A stretch of 63,004 bases of DNA from Thermoanaerobaculia bacterium (GTDB lineage: Bacteria; Acidobacteriota; Thermoanaerobaculia; Gp7-AA8). The position numbers were made by a program, and so were the translations under genes. The notes below the pieces were generated by a model. It did not search any database, was not told the DNA's origin, and saw only the letters and a program-made list of their open reading frames with translations. Below are positions 1-10,711 of the stretch, piece after piece (the first letter of the stretch is position 1; each line of letters starts with the position of its first letter). The stretch is taken from NCBI GenBank assembly GCA_035525045.1, contig DATLEX010000175.1:1-63004 (forward strand), written 5' to 3'.

Positions 1-563
1 GGCGCGATGAGCCCCAGATTGTTGTCTCTGCGCTTGTAGATCACCGAGACCTTGTCGGTGTCGACGTCGCGGAAGACGATGAACTCGTTCTTCGAGTCGT
101 CGAGCATCAGGGCGGCGTGCTCGACCGACATCGGCCGGATGGCGAGGTTGCTGGTCTTGATGATCCGCCGGCCGGCGGGGTCGCCGTTGTCGCGAAGCAG
201 GCTCGGCTCGATGACCTGCACGGCCCATTCGGTGACGGTCGTGGAGGTCTTTCTGGCGCGGCCGTTCTGCCGGTGGTCGCGGATCTTCTTGCGGTTCTTC
301 TGAGCCTGGCGCTTGACGTGGTCGATGGCGGCGTTGACGGCGTCTTCCATCGAGGTATCGGCCTCCTGAATCGCCTTCACGTCGTGCTCTTTTCCGACGA
401 TGAGGATCTCGCAGATATTCCGGTATTTCTGGACGTCGAGCACGACCCGGACGTCGATGACGTCATCGAAGAGCCGCTCCTCGACGCGGGAGAGCTTCCT
501 GGTGATGAGATCGCGGATTTTCGGGCTGACGTTGTAATTCCGGCCGGAGATCTCGGTAGGCAT
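1..563 (-). CDS. hpf: ribosome hibernation promoting factor, long form (C-terminal end runs off window start)
   Basis: Not in the ORF track because it is open at position 1. Reverse-strand ATG at 563-561 gives MPTEISGRNYNVSPKIRDLITRKLSRVEERLFDDVIDVRVVLDVQKYRNICEILIV... It ends ...RIIKTSNLAIRPMSVEHAALMLDDSKNEFIVFRDVDTDKVSVIYKRRDNNLGLI, which is an S30AE core plus the long-HPF C-terminal domain. It lies directly downstream of rpoN, the classical arrangement. Confidence 0.85.
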   Translation of the reverse strand, partial: MPTEISGRNYNVSPKIRDLITRKLSRVEERLFDDVIDVRVVLDVQKYRNICEILIVGKEHDVKAIQEADTSMEDAVNAAIDHVKRQAQKNRKKIRDHRQNGRARKTSTTVTEWAVQVIEPSLLRDNGDPAGRRIIKTSNLAIRPMSVEHAALMLDDSKNEFIVFRDVDTDKVSVIYKRRDNNLGLIA

Positions 564-672
564 GCAAGGCACCTCTTTTCAAGGAACGTTCTACGCCCTG
601 TAATCGTAATGCCACAAAGGGGAAGCGGCCAGTGCCGGGCGTCACGTGAGAGGAAGCGAGTCCCGGGCCAGA

Positions 673-2145
673 TCAGAAGATCTGTTTCCGGTCGGTGGAG
701 CTGGGTATGTTCAGCTCGTCGCGGTACTTGGCCACGGTCCGGCGGGCGATATTGATCCCTTCGTCGTTCAGGATCTTCATGATCTTCGAGTCGGAGAGCG
801 GCTTGCGGGGGTCCTCCCCCTCGATGAAGCCCTGGATCTTCTTCTTCACGGTAAGGCTGGAGATGTCCTCGCCGGTGTCGGAGTCGATCCCGCTGTGGAA
901 GAAATACTTCATCAGGAAGAGGCCGCGGGGGGTGTGCATGTACTTGTTGGAGACGACGCGGGAGACCGTAGACTCGTGCATCTGGATGTCGTCGGCCACG
1001 TCGCGCAGCACGAGGGGACGGAGATAGTCGATGCCCTTTTCGAGGAATTCCCGCTGGTGCTTGACGATCGACTCGGCCACCTTGTAGATGGTGCGCTGGC
1101 GCTGATCGAGTGACTTGATCAGCCAGACCGCCGAACGGATTTTGTCCTTGATGTAGTTGACGGTCTCCCCGTCCTGCTTCGAGTCCATGGAGTTGAGCAT
1201 GGCCCGGTAGCTGCCGTTGATGCGCAGCTTGGGCATGCCGTCCTCGTTGAGGACGATCACGTACTCGTCGCCGACCTTCTGCACGTACACGTCGGGCTCG
1301 ACGTAGATGGCGCGCTCGTTCGAATACTTCCGCCCCGGCTTCGGATCGAGGTGCTTGATGACCTCGACGATGCCTTCCAGGGCCTTCATGTCGATGCCGA
1401 GGGTCTTGGCCAACTGCACGAAGTGCCGCTGCATGAACATGTCCCAGTGGTCGCGGATGATCTCCTCGACCAGCGGTTCCTCGATCTCCAGGAACTGGAG
1501 CTGGAGCAGAAGGCACTCGCGCAGGTCGCGCGCGCCGACCCCGATCGGATCGAGGCCCTGGATGGCGGCCAGCGCCTTCTCCACGTCCGCCGGGTCGTAA
1601 GGCCCGGACGCGGCGACCTCCTCGCTGGTGGCGCGCAGGTAGCCGTCCTCGTCGATGTTTCCGATGATGAAGGCGCCGATCTCCTTCGTCTTCGGCGAGA
1701 CGTCGCTCATGTTGAGCTGCCAGGTCAGATGATCGGTGAGGTTGGGGGGCCGGGTGAGCGTGTTCTCGATCGGGAATTCCTCGTGCTCCTCCCCCATCCC
1801 CCGCGGGTTGTACCCGTACTCGATATAGTCCTGGAAGTAGGCGTCGTAGTCGATCTCGTCGAAGGAGTCCTTCTCCTTCTCCTCCTCCTTCGCTTCCTCC
1901 TTCGCCTCGGTCTTCTTCGCCTCCTCCTCGCTCTCGTTCTTGTTCTCCGGCGCCTCCGCTTCGGGCTCCTCGGTCTTGGTCTCCTCGGCGGTCTCCTCGA
2001 GCAGGGGGTTCTCCAGCAGCTCCTGGTTGAGGACTTCCTGGAGCTCGAGCTTGGAGAGCTGCAGCAGCTTGATCGCCTGCTGCAGCGAAGGCGTCATGAT
2101 CAGCTTCTGCGAAAGCCTGAGGTGGAGTTTCTGTTCTAGTGCCAT
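673..2145 (-). CDS. rpoN: RNA polymerase sigma-54 factor
   Basis: 490-aa ORF. Region I is MALEQKLHLRLSQKLIMTPSLQQAIKLLQLSKLELQ, followed by an acidic linker and the C-terminal RpoN box ARRTVAKYRDEL. The lptB-rpoN-hpf gene order is present. Confidence 0.97.
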   Translation of the reverse strand: MALEQKLHLRLSQKLIMTPSLQQAIKLLQLSKLELQEVLNQELLENPLLEETAEETKTEEPEAEAPENKNESEEEAKKTEAKEEAKEEEKEKDSFDEIDYDAYFQDYIEYGYNPRGMGEEHEEFPIENTLTRPPNLTDHLTWQLNMSDVSPKTKEIGAFIIGNIDEDGYLRATSEEVAASGPYDPADVEKALAAIQGLDPIGVGARDLRECLLLQLQFLEIEEPLVEEIIRDHWDMFMQRHFVQLAKTLGIDMKALEGIVEVIKHLDPKPGRKYSNERAIYVEPDVYVQKVGDEYVIVLNEDGMPKLRINGSYRAMLNSMDSKQDGETVNYIKDKIRSAVWLIKSLDQRQRTIYKVAESIVKHQREFLEKGIDYLRPLVLRDVADDIQMHESTVSRVVSNKYMHTPRGLFLMKYFFHSGIDSDTGEDISSLTVKKKIQGFIEGEDPRKPLSDSKIMKILNDEGINIARRTVAKYRDELNIPSSTDRKQIF

Positions 2146-2174
2146 GCGAAAGTCGAGGGGGAGGCCATGGATGG

Positions 2175-2972
2175 TCAGCTCAGGTTGAAGCTCTCGCCGA
2201 GATAGATCCGCCGGACTTCGGCGTCCGCCGAGAGCTCCTCCGGCACTCCCTGCCGAAAGATCTCGCCTTCTTTGATGATATAGGCGCGATCGGTGATCTT
2301 CAATGTTTCCCGCACGTTATGGTCGGTGATGAGAATTCCGATCCCGCGGGCGCGCAGCTGAGAGACGATGCGTTGAATCTCGAACACGGCGATTGGATCG
2401 ATTCCTGCAAAGGGCTCATCCAGCAAGATGAATGCCGGGTTGATGGCCAGGCTCCTGGCAATCTCCACCCGCCGCCTCTCCCCTCCCGACAGCGAGTAGG
2501 CGCGGTTCCGCGCGATGTGCGCAATCCCGAACTCCTCGAGCAGCGTCCGCGTCCGCCGCTCCCGCTCCGCCAGCGGCAGGTTCATCGTCTCGAACACCGA
2601 CAGCAGGTTCTCCTCCACCGTCAGCTTCCGGAACACCGACGGCTCCTGCGGCAGGTAGCTGATCCCGCGCTGCGCGCGGAGGTACATCGGCAACTGCGTG
2701 ATGTCGCGCTCGCCGAGCGCCACCCGCCCGCCGTCCGGCCGCACCAGCCCGACGATCATGTAGAAGGTCGTCGTCTTCCCCGCGCCGTTCGGCCCCAGCA
2801 GCCCCACGATCTCTCCCTGGCTGATCTCCACCGAGACGTCCCGCACCACCTTCCGCCCCCGATAGACCTTCTCCAGGTTCGACGCCGCCAGGCGCAGCGG
2901 TGCAGCGGGCGGCTTGTCGCGCTCGGTCGTAAACGGAAGCACGGTGCGGGTGTCGCTCATCGGCTCCGGCAA
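2175..2972 (-). CDS. lptB: LPS export ABC transporter ATP-binding protein
   Basis: Walker [13 protein letters not shown] signature [13 protein letters not shown] and Walker B FILLDEP. It sits immediately upstream of rpoN. The true start may be the internal Met (MSDTRTV). Confidence 0.92.
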   Translation of the reverse strand: MPEPMSDTRTVLPFTTERDKPPAAPLRLAASNLEKVYRGRKVVRDVSVEISQGEIVGLLGPNGAGKTTTFYMIVGLVRPDGGRVALGERDITQLPMYLRAQRGISYLPQEPSVFRKLTVEENLLSVFETMNLPLAERERRTRTLLEEFGIAHIARNRAYSLSGGERRRVEIARSLAINPAFILLDEPFAGIDPIAVFEIQRIVSQLRARGIGILITDHNVRETLKITDRAYIIKEGEIFRQGVPEELSADAEVRRIYLGESFNLS

Positions 2973-2997
2973 GTATATGGGGGACTGGGACCCCCCA

Positions 2998-4953
2998 TTA
3001 CTGCTGTTTGAAGGTCCCCTCGGTCTGCCCGGTGGGTGAGAGGACCTGGACGCGGTTGCTGTTCATGTCGAAGACGATCTGCTGGCCGCTGAGCGATCCC
3101 TGTGGCTCGGTGGCCGTGGCCGGTGAGCCGTGCAGATAGGCCATCCTCTCCTTGACCAGGTAGACGGCCTTGTCTGCCGTCCCCCTGCGGTCGCTGGCCT
3201 TCTCCAGGAGGACCACCTTCTCCTCCGCCTCGATGCGCTCGATCTTCCGGCCGGCGTCGAAGTGGAGAGCCGCCTTCTGCGCGGTGATGGTGCGGCTCTC
3301 GTCCTCGATGGTGACATCGCCGAGGAGGTCGATCCGCCGCTCGTCGCGCCGCACCACGAGCTGCTCGCTGATCGATCGCAGCGGCACTCTCCTGGTCTCG
3401 TTTCCGGTGTTGTAGAGGACCGTCCGCACGTTCCCGCGCGCGGTGATGCCCGCACCGCTCCCCTGAACGAGCAGCTCGGCCGCGAACAGCGTGTTCGTCT
3501 CCTGCCAGGCGCGCACGTTCCCGCTGAAGGCGGCAGTGTTCGCGTCCTGGCGCAGCACGACCGTGTCGGAGTTGACGTATACCGGTTTCCCGGCCGGAAA
3601 GAGGTTCGATCCGTCCGCCGACGGCCCGCTCTCCCTCGAAACCAGCTCGGCGATGACCTCGCCGGTGGCCTTCGCCGTGCCGGCCTTCGGCGAGAACTCG
3701 ATCTGCTTCGCCTTCAGCGTCTGCCCGTCCGAGACCACCGTCGGGTCGAAGCCGGGCTCGCCCGTGAGCACGATGTGATCGCCGGCGATGTCGTAGTGGC
3801 CGCGGATCGACGAGGCCTGCGTCTTCGGATCACGGTAGTTGAAATTCCCCTCGAAGTAGGCGCTCGTGGCGCGGTTCCGGACCGGATCGAACGACACCGT
3901 GGCCCGGTCCACGCGCACCTCCCGCCGCATCTCCCCCAGCTCCACCATGAGCACCTGCCCCTCGGCTTTCAGCTCCCGCACGGCGCGATCCGCCAGCACC
4001 ACGCGAAACGCTCTCGCCGTGATGTCCCGCTCGGGTGGACCGTCGAGAATGGCCCGCGCCGGCCGCTCGTCCCCCACCGCGTTGATGGCGTTAATCTCGC
4101 CTTCCGGTGAAACCTCGCTGAAAAAGCGATCACAGGTGATGTGCTTTCGCCCGCCGAGGTCTTCGCCGGACAGAGGGTTGGCGGCCATGTGGATGTTGAT
4201 GGCCCCGGCCCCATCGAGCCCCATGAGCGTCTTCCGGTCGCGGGTGAACCGGCCCGTGACGCGATCGCCCGTGAGCCGGTCCGCGGCGCGGTTCATCACC
4301 ACCTCAATGGAGAACGTGACGTCGTTCTCTCTCCGCCGGAAGAAGGCGTCGGCGCTGTCGATTGCCAGAGGCGGCTCGCCCGGCCGGGCCGGCTCCATGG
4401 TGGCCGAGACCTTCTGGAAGAGCCGGAGCGTCTCGCCCTCCACGTCGAGGTCGAGCGCCCCCCCCTTTCCGCGCCAGCGGTCGACGCGGAACTCGACCGG
4501 GATCCGGTTCGTCAGGCGGCTGCCGTCGAAGTGCATCTCCGCGGTGGAGATCTCCACGCCGTCGCTGGAGGTCAGCCTCACCCCTCCCTTCGCCTCCGCC
4601 TCCTTCGTCTCGTTGTTGTACTGCGCCTGCGGACAGACCAGCTCGTAGGTCAGACCGTTGGATCGGTAAATCGTGATCTGGACCCCTTCGAGCGTGCTCC
4701 AGCCGGAGGCGAAGCCGACCACCCGCGAGGCGCGGATCCGCGACACCATCCGCCCGCCGATGGTCTGCACGTCCTCGAAGGCGATCGCCTCCGCCTGGGC
4801 CTTGTCCTGTGGGCGCTGCGTGGAGGTCACCGGGGCGGCGGCGCCCTCGGCCCGGCTGCGCGCGGAGCGGTCCCAGCTCACGATGAGTAAGACCACGAAG
4901 GCGACGAACGCGATCGGCAGGGCGACGCGGAGGATGCGGACAGTCGATGTCAT
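2998..4953 (-). CDS. membrane-anchored LptC/LptA (OstA)-like periplasmic protein, unusually long
   Basis: The ORF track gives 2998..5172, but the first ~70 codons are Arg/Gly-rich and overlap recJ. The plausible start is ATG 4953 ([27 protein letters not shown], one TM anchor) or 4974. The remaining ~620 aa are beta-rich with repeated OstA-like segments. Its position directly upstream of lptB matches lptC/lptA. Confidence 0.65.
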   Translation of the reverse strand: MTSTVRILRVALPIAFVAFVVLLIVSWDRSARSRAEGAAAPVTSTQRPQDKAQAEAIAFEDVQTIGGRMVSRIRASRVVGFASGWSTLEGVQITIYRSNGLTYELVCPQAQYNNETKEAEAKGGVRLTSSDGVEISTAEMHFDGSRLTNRIPVEFRVDRWRGKGGALDLDVEGETLRLFQKVSATMEPARPGEPPLAIDSADAFFRRRENDVTFSIEVVMNRAADRLTGDRVTGRFTRDRKTLMGLDGAGAINIHMAANPLSGEDLGGRKHITCDRFFSEVSPEGEINAINAVGDERPARAILDGPPERDITARAFRVVLADRAVRELKAEGQVLMVELGEMRREVRVDRATVSFDPVRNRATSAYFEGNFNYRDPKTQASSIRGHYDIAGDHIVLTGEPGFDPTVVSDGQTLKAKQIEFSPKAGTAKATGEVIAELVSRESGPSADGSNLFPAGKPVYVNSDTVVLRQDANTAAFSGNVRAWQETNTLFAAELLVQGSGAGITARGNVRTVLYNTGNETRRVPLRSISEQLVVRRDERRIDLLGDVTIEDESRTITAQKAALHFDAGRKIERIEAEEKVVLLEKASDRRGTADKAVYLVKERMAYLHGSPATATEPQGSLSGQQIVFDMNSNRVQVLSPTGQTEGTFKQQ

Positions 4954-4988
4954 TCCGGCCCCTCGGGATGACATTGAGATGATTGAGG

Positions 4989-6656
4989 TTATTCCGCGGC
5001 GCGCAGGTCGGCTAGGACCAGGCGGCCACCCGCCGGCGACCAGCCGTCCGGCTCGATGCGCACCAGCAGGTCGAGCGGCGCGCCGTCCGCCGCCGCGACG
5101 AGCTGCTTGACCTGTGGCCAGACCACCGCGGCGCCGCGTCCCGTCGCGTCTTCGATGCCCAGCTCGCAGCACTCCTCGGCGAAGTGCCGCTTCGAGGTCA
5201 CGCGGGCGGCGCGGATCCCGAACAACGGCTGATCGTTCGCCGCGCCGAATGGCTGCAGCAGCTCGTGCGCCGCGACGAACTCGCGGTCGATCTCCGCGAG
5301 CGTCACCCAGCCGTCCATGGTCGCGGAGCGGTCGAACAGCTCGGGCGGCAGTTCATCGAATCGCGCGCGGAGCCGCTCGCGCAGCATCGGCAGCCGGTCC
5401 GCGGGGAGCGAGAAGCCGCAGGCGAACTCGTGCCCGCCGAAATGGGTGAAGAGGTCCGCGACGCTATCGAGCTGCTGGTGAAGATTCACCGTGCGGATGC
5501 TTCGGCCGGAGCCGACGCAGCGCTCGCCGTCGATGGCCATGACCAGCGTTGGACGATGCCACTGCTGGGCGATGCGCCCGGCGGCGAGGCCGAGGACTCC
5601 GCGATGCCACCCCTCGCCCGCCAGGAGCAGGACGCGCTCGTCGCCGGCGATCTGGCGCGTGGCGGCATCGCGCACGCCCGCCTCGATCTCCTGGCGCTGC
5701 GCGTTCAGGCGGTCGAGCTCCGCGCAGATCGTCCAGGCCGCCTCCTCGCTCGCTGCGGCGAAGAGCTCGATGGCCGTGTCGGCGGAGGCGAGCCGGCCGG
5801 CGGCGTTGATGCGCGGGCCGATCTTGAACCCGACGTCCGCGGCGCGGAGCGGCCGCCCCAGGAGGCCGAGGCGGCGGAGCAGCGCGCGCAGCCCATGGTT
5901 GCGCGCGTCGGCCAGCCCGTCGAGTCCGATCCGGACGATGGTGCGATTCTCGCCGGTGAGCGGTGCCATGTCCGCCACCGTTCCGATGGCGGCGATCTTC
6001 AGCAGCGACTCGGTGGAGGTCTTCTTCCCGCTCCGCCGAAGCAGCTCGCAGCAGAGCTTGAACGCGACCCCCACCCCCGCCAGCTCCTTGAACGGATAGG
6101 CGCACCCGGGCTGCTTCGGATTGAGCACCGCCGCCGCCTCCGGCAGTGTCCCCGGCGGGAGGTGGTGGTCGGTGATGATCACGTCGATGCCGCGCTCGAT
6201 CGCGCGCCGCACCGGCTCGACGCTCGTGATCCCGCAGTCCACGGTGATGACGAGCTTCACGTCGCGCTCGGTGAGGACCCGTTCGAGGACTTCCATCTTC
6301 AGCCCGTACCCGTCGACCAGACGGTGCGGCACGACAAAGCCCACCTCGCCGCCCAGCGAGCGGATGACCGTCTGCAGCAGCACGATCGACGTGACGCCGT
6401 CGACGTCGTAGTCGCCGTAGATGGCGATGGCCTCCCGTTCCCGCACCGCCCGGAGGATCCGCTCGCAGGCGTGGTCGATTCCGTGGATCGTCGCGGGGTC
6501 GTGTAGATCGCCCATGGAAGGAGTGACGAAACGGCGATACGACTCCTCGTCCGATACGCCGCGCCGGGCGAAGATGGAGCGGAGAGTGGGGTTGGCGATG
6601 GGGAGGGGGGGCGGGTTCTGCGGGACCTCGGCGAGGAGCCAGCGGTCGTAGATCAC
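4989..6656 (-). CDS. recJ: single-stranded-DNA-specific exonuclease RecJ
   Basis: DHH family motifs AIYGDYDVDGVTS, ITVDCGITS and IITDHH, plus DHHA1 FGGHEFACG. Confidence 0.93.
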   Translation of the reverse strand: MIYDRWLLAEVPQNPPPLPIANPTLRSIFARRGVSDEESYRRFVTPSMGDLHDPATIHGIDHACERILRAVREREAIAIYGDYDVDGVTSIVLLQTVIRSLGGEVGFVVPHRLVDGYGLKMEVLERVLTERDVKLVITVDCGITSVEPVRRAIERGIDVIITDHHLPPGTLPEAAAVLNPKQPGCAYPFKELAGVGVAFKLCCELLRRSGKKTSTESLLKIAAIGTVADMAPLTGENRTIVRIGLDGLADARNHGLRALLRRLGLLGRPLRAADVGFKIGPRINAAGRLASADTAIELFAAASEEAAWTICAELDRLNAQRQEIEAGVRDAATRQIAGDERVLLLAGEGWHRGVLGLAAGRIAQQWHRPTLVMAIDGERCVGSGRSIRTVNLHQQLDSVADLFTHFGGHEFACGFSLPADRLPMLRERLRARFDELPPELFDRSATMDGWVTLAEIDREFVAAHELLQPFGAANDQPLFGIRAARVTSKRHFAEECCELGIEDATGRGAAVVWPQVKQLVAAADGAPLDLLVRIEPDGWSPAGGRLVLADLRAAE

Positions 6657-6704
6657 TGCCCAAAGGGTAGCAGGAAGCCGGCGTTGCTTCCTTCCGGCTC
6701 CCGG

Positions 6705-7658
6705 CTACCCCTTCTCCACCACTCCCATCCTGCGAAACTTCTGATACCGCTCTTCAAGGAGTAGAGCGGGCTTGAGCTTCATCAACTCCTTCAGCGCCTT
6801 CTCCAGGGGTGGCCCGAGGAGATCGGCGGCCGCAGCCGGATCGGCGTGCGCGCCGCCGGGAGGCTCGGGCACGATCTCGTCGATCACGTTCAGGCGCTTC
6901 AGGTCCTGCGCGGTGATCTTCATCGCCGCCGCGGCGTCGGGGGCCGCGGCGGGATTCTTCCAGAGGATCGCCGCGCACCCTTCCGGGGAGATCACCGAGT
7001 AGACGGCGTGCTCGAGCATGATGATCCGGTCGCCCACGCCGAGGGCCAGCGCGCCGCCGCTCCCACCCTCCCCCACCACCGCGACGATGATCGGCACCGG
7101 CAGCGCTGCCATCTCCCGCAGGTTCACGGCGATGGCCTCGGCCTGTCCACGCTCCTCAGCTCCCATGCCGGGATAGGCGCCCTGCGTGTCGATGAAGCTG
7201 AAAACCGGCAGCTTGAACTTCGCCGCCAGCTTCATGACCCGGAGGGCTTTCCGGAACCCCTCCGGCCGCGGCTGGCCAAAATTACGGAGGACCTTCTCCT
7301 TCGTGTTCCTCCCCTTCTGGTGGCCGACGATCGCGCAAGACTGACCGCGGAAGGAGGCGAACCCCGCCACGACCGCGGCGTCGTCGCCGAACTTCCGGTC
7401 GCCGTGGATCTCGGTGAATTCCTGGAAGAGGAAGGCGATGAAATCGAGCGTGTACGGCCGCTGCGGGTGCCGGGCCACGAGGGTCTTCTGCCAGGGGGTC
7501 AGCTTCGAGTAGATTTCGGAGGAGACTTTGGTAAGCTTCCGTTGGAGCTCAGCGATCTCGGCCTGCCTCGCGGGCTCTGCCTCCATCGCCGAGAGCTCCT
7601 CGATCTGCCGCCGGATGCGCAGAATGGGCTCTTCGAACTGGGTCGGGTCGGCGCTCAA
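6705..7658 (-). CDS. accA: acetyl-CoA carboxylase carboxyltransferase subunit alpha
   Basis: 317 aa with FIDTQGAYPGMGAEERGQAEAIA and VVGEGGSGGALALGV, both typical of AccA. Confidence 0.95.
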   Translation of the reverse strand: MSADPTQFEEPILRIRRQIEELSAMEAEPARQAEIAELQRKLTKVSSEIYSKLTPWQKTLVARHPQRPYTLDFIAFLFQEFTEIHGDRKFGDDAAVVAGFASFRGQSCAIVGHQKGRNTKEKVLRNFGQPRPEGFRKALRVMKLAAKFKLPVFSFIDTQGAYPGMGAEERGQAEAIAVNLREMAALPVPIIVAVVGEGGSGGALALGVGDRIIMLEHAVYSVISPEGCAAILWKNPAAAPDAAAAMKITAQDLKRLNVIDEIVPEPPGGAHADPAAAADLLGPPLEKALKELMKLKPALLLEERYQKFRRMGVVEKG

Positions 7659-7677
7659 GGCGGTGAGACGCTAACAA

Positions 7678-8253
7678 ATGAACAGCATACTGGCAACAGA
7701 ACCGGCAGAAACGGCGGCCGAGAAGCCCGTAAGGTCCTCGGCGATCGAGACATGGGGATCGAACGAGCGGATGCGCCACGTTCCATCCATCGACTGGATG
7801 ACCTGGAAGGTGGATACCGGGCTCCGCGGCACGATCGAGAAGATCCTCCGCGTCTTTGGCGCCGCCGGCGCCGATGATCCGCGGCGCGGCCGGCTGGACG
7901 AACATCTGCGATACGTCTGCCGCACGCTCGACCGGCTGGCCGGCGTGGCCAAGCCCACCCGTCACAACGGCCAGGGTGATCTCCCCCAGCGCCTCGATGC
8001 GGCGCTCAGTCACGCCGCGGCGACGCTTCGATCACTCGACGGCGATCTGATCGGCCGCCGCTTTCCATTCCACACCTTCGAGCGCTCGAAGGCCGAGCCG
8101 CTGTACGGAGCCCTTCTCCTCGTCATGCAGGCCGTCGAGCGCGCTCTGGCCGAGGCGCGCGAGCTCGATCCCCTCCTCGACGAGCAGCTCCTCGGGCCTC
8201 TGGTCGTCATTCAGAACCGAGTCGACGAGCGGATGCTCCGCCCCATCGCCTGA
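7678..8253 (+). CDS. hypothetical protein
   Basis: 191-aa ORF with strong GC3 coding bias and no recognisable motif. It is one of the few plus-strand genes in the first 35 kb. Only 19 nt separate it from the divergent accA start, so the real start may be the internal Met at 7771 (MRHVPSIDW). Confidence 0.5.
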   Translation: MNSILATEPAETAAEKPVRSSAIETWGSNERMRHVPSIDWMTWKVDTGLRGTIEKILRVFGAAGADDPRRGRLDEHLRYVCRTLDRLAGVAKPTRHNGQGDLPQRLDAALSHAAATLRSLDGDLIGRRFPFHTFERSKAEPLYGALLLVMQAVERALAEARELDPLLDEQLLGPLVVIQNRVDERMLRPIA

Positions 8254-8281
8254 CACCGCCGCCGGGCGGCTGAAGTCCGGA

Positions 8282-10708
8282 TCAGATGATGTTGATCGGA
8301 TCGACATCCACCGCCACATCCACCCCCCGCCACTTCCGCCCCACCACCACCCTCTCCACCGCCCGCCGCAGCGGGGCACGCTGGGGGGAGCGCAGCAGGA
8401 TCTGGTAGCGCCAGACCCCCTTGATGCGGGCCATCGGCGCGGGGGCGGGGCCCTGGATGCGCGTGCCGGCCAGCGGCCGAACGGCCTCTTCGAGCATCCG
8501 CCCGCAGTCGGCGGCGGCACGCTCGACGAGCTCCGCCTTCTCGCCGCGGAAGAGCAGCGCGACCATCGAGGTGACCGGCGGATAGTGAAAGGTCCGGCGG
8601 AACTCGATCTCCGCTTGGTAGAACGCCTCGTAGTCGTGCCGGAGCGCGTGCTGGATCGCGTAATGCCCCGGGAACGCGGTCTGGAGCATCACCCGCCCCC
8701 GCCGCTCCCCCCTCCCCGCCCGCCCCGCCACCTGCGTGAGGAGATAGAAGGTCTTCTCGGCCGAGCGGAAATCGGGATAGCCGAGGATCGAGTCGGCGTT
8801 GAGCACGGCCGTCAGCGTCACGTTCGGGAAGTGGTGGCCCTTGCTCAGCATCTGCGTGCCGATGAGGGCCTGCGTCTTCCCGCTGCGGAAGCGGTCGAGG
8901 ATCCGCACCAGCTCTCCCTTCTTCCGGGTCGAGTCGCGGTCGAGGACTTCCGCCGCGACACCGGGGAAATCGCGCCCGAATCGTTCGGCAACCTTCTCGG
9001 TCCCGAAGCCGATCGGCTGCAGGACGTCGCCGGCGCAGATGGGGCAATCCAGCGGGATGGGCCGCCGCAGGCCGCAGTAGTGACAGATGAGGAGCCCCGC
9101 CCGCCGGTGCACGGTGAGCGTCACGCTGCAGTCGCGGCAACGGAAGTCGTGCCCGCACTCGCGGCAGAGGAGATACGGCGCGTAGCCGCGGCGGTTGATG
9201 AGGATGATGGCCTGCTCGCCGGCGGCGAAGATCGTGCGCAGCGTTTCCTTCAGCGGGGCGCTGAGGATCACGAAGCCGCGGTCCTCTTTCTCCGCGCGCT
9301 CTTTCCGGAGGTCGATGACCTCGACGTCGGGCAGCGGGCGGGCCTCGACGCGCTCGCTCATCCGCAGGAGGGTGTACTTGCCACGGGCGGCGTTCTGGCG
9401 GCTCTCCAGCGACGGCGTGGCCGAGCCGAGGACGATGGGCACCCTGGCGAACTGCGCGCGGACGAGCGCCAGGTCGCGGGCGTTGTATCGCGGCGTCTCC
9501 TCCTGCTTGTAGGCGCCGTCACCCTCCTCGTCGACCACGATGATGCCGAGGCGCTGGAAGGGGGTGAAGAGGGCCGAGCGGGGCCCGATGGCGACGTCGA
9601 CCTCGCCGCGGCGGCAGCGCCACCACTGGTCGTAGCGCTCGCTCGCCGAGAGGTTGCTGTGCAGGATGGCGATGCGGTCGCCGAAGCGCTCCCGCAGCCG
9701 CGCCGCGAACACCGGCGTCAGCGCGATCTCCGGGACGAGCAAGAGGGCCTGCTCTCCCCTCTTGACCACTTCGCGCATCACCTCGACGTACACCTCGGTC
9801 TTGCCGCTGCCGGTCACCCCCTGGAGCAGGAAGGCCGCGAACGTTCCGAGAGTGGCGCGGACGGCGTCGATGGCGGCCTGCTGCTGCGGGGCGTACGTCA
9901 GCTCGGGCGCCACTGCCTCGCCGAGGCCTGCCAGGAAGGCGTCGAGCGTATGCCGCCTCGGCCGGCGCTCGATCCGCACCACCCCCTTCTTCACCAGCGC
10001 GGCCAGCACGGCGGAGCTGACGCCGGCGTGCTCCAGCGCGCGGACGGAGCCCTCGCCGCCGCGCCCCTGCAGCAGCGCCACGGCCGCTTCCTGCTTGTCG
10101 GTCAACCCACCTGGCGACGACTCCAGGACGACGAAGCGGTCGTAGCGGACCCCCTTCGCATCCTGCAGCCGGTCGCGGACGGCGATAACGCCGGCATCGC
10201 GCAGCCGCTCGATGGCGCTGCGGGAGACCTTCATCTCGTCGAAGAGCGTCGCGAGGGGCATCGGCCGCCTGTGCAGCTCGCGGACGAGATCGAGATCGCT
10301 CTCTAGGATCAGCCGTGATTCGAGCGCCGCCCCGATCAGCTCGTCGTCGCCGGTCAGCATCGCCTCCCGCCGCCCCCGCGCCCCCATGTTGGCCGGCAGC
10401 GCTACGCGGAGCATCTCCCCCAGCGGCGCGAGGTAGTACTCGGCCGCCCACCGGCAGAGCTGGATGATCTCCGGGATCAGCGGCGGCTCGTCCTCGTCGA
10501 GCAGAGCGCGGATCGGCTTCATCTTCGCCACCTTCGGCGCCCCGTCACGAAACCCGACCACGAACCCGGTGGTCAGCCTCGTCCCGATCTGCACCTCCAC
10601 GCGCGACCCCATCCGCACGGAGTCCCGCAGCTCCGCCGGGATCGCGTAGGTGAACGTCGAGTGGACGGCAACCGGGACCGCGACTTCGGCGTACTCGGCA
10701 AGACCCAT
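8282..10708 (-). CDS. priA: primosomal protein N' (replication restart helicase PriA)
   Basis: Helicase motifs [11 protein letters not shown] and VVDEEGD. Cys-rich zinc region CRECGHDFRCRDCS...CHYCG...CPICAG. I chose the start at ATG 10708 (MGLAEYAEVAV) because the ORF-track extension to 10789 reads through a heptamer repeat (QSKIQTLKSKI). Confidence 0.93.
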   Translation of the reverse strand: MGLAEYAEVAVPVAVHSTFTYAIPAELRDSVRMGSRVEVQIGTRLTTGFVVGFRDGAPKVAKMKPIRALLDEDEPPLIPEIIQLCRWAAEYYLAPLGEMLRVALPANMGARGRREAMLTGDDELIGAALESRLILESDLDLVRELHRRPMPLATLFDEMKVSRSAIERLRDAGVIAVRDRLQDAKGVRYDRFVVLESSPGGLTDKQEAAVALLQGRGGEGSVRALEHAGVSSAVLAALVKKGVVRIERRPRRHTLDAFLAGLGEAVAPELTYAPQQQAAIDAVRATLGTFAAFLLQGVTGSGKTEVYVEVMREVVKRGEQALLLVPEIALTPVFAARLRERFGDRIAILHSNLSASERYDQWWRCRRGEVDVAIGPRSALFTPFQRLGIIVVDEEGDGAYKQEETPRYNARDLALVRAQFARVPIVLGSATPSLESRQNAARGKYTLLRMSERVEARPLPDVEVIDLRKERAEKEDRGFVILSAPLKETLRTIFAAGEQAIILINRRGYAPYLLCRECGHDFRCRDCSVTLTVHRRAGLLICHYCGLRRPIPLDCPICAGDVLQPIGFGTEKVAERFGRDFPGVAAEVLDRDSTRKKGELVRILDRFRSGKTQALIGTQMLSKGHHFPNVTLTAVLNADSILGYPDFRSAEKTFYLLTQVAGRAGRGERRGRVMLQTAFPGHYAIQHALRHDYEAFYQAEIEFRRTFHYPPVTSMVALLFRGEKAELVERAAADCGRMLEEAVRPLAGTRIQGPAPAPMARIKGVWRYQILLRSPQRAPLRRAVERVVVGRKWRGVDVAVDVDPINII

Positions 10709-10711
10709 TTC

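Noticed and set aside
599-614. Sigma-54-like promoter upstream of hpf. The minus strand reads TGGCAT-tacga-TTACA, placed ~37 nt before the ATG with correct -24/-12 spacing.
   Set aside because: The essential -12 GC dinucleotide is AC here (TTAC in place of TTGC). No enhancer-binding-protein site is evident. It is kept only as a note.
6672-6692. Hairpin AGGAAGC-cggcgtt-GCTTCCT downstream of accA as an intrinsic terminator.
   Set aside because: The stem is only 7 bp, and only TTT follows it on the transcribed strand. That is too weak to call without transcript data.
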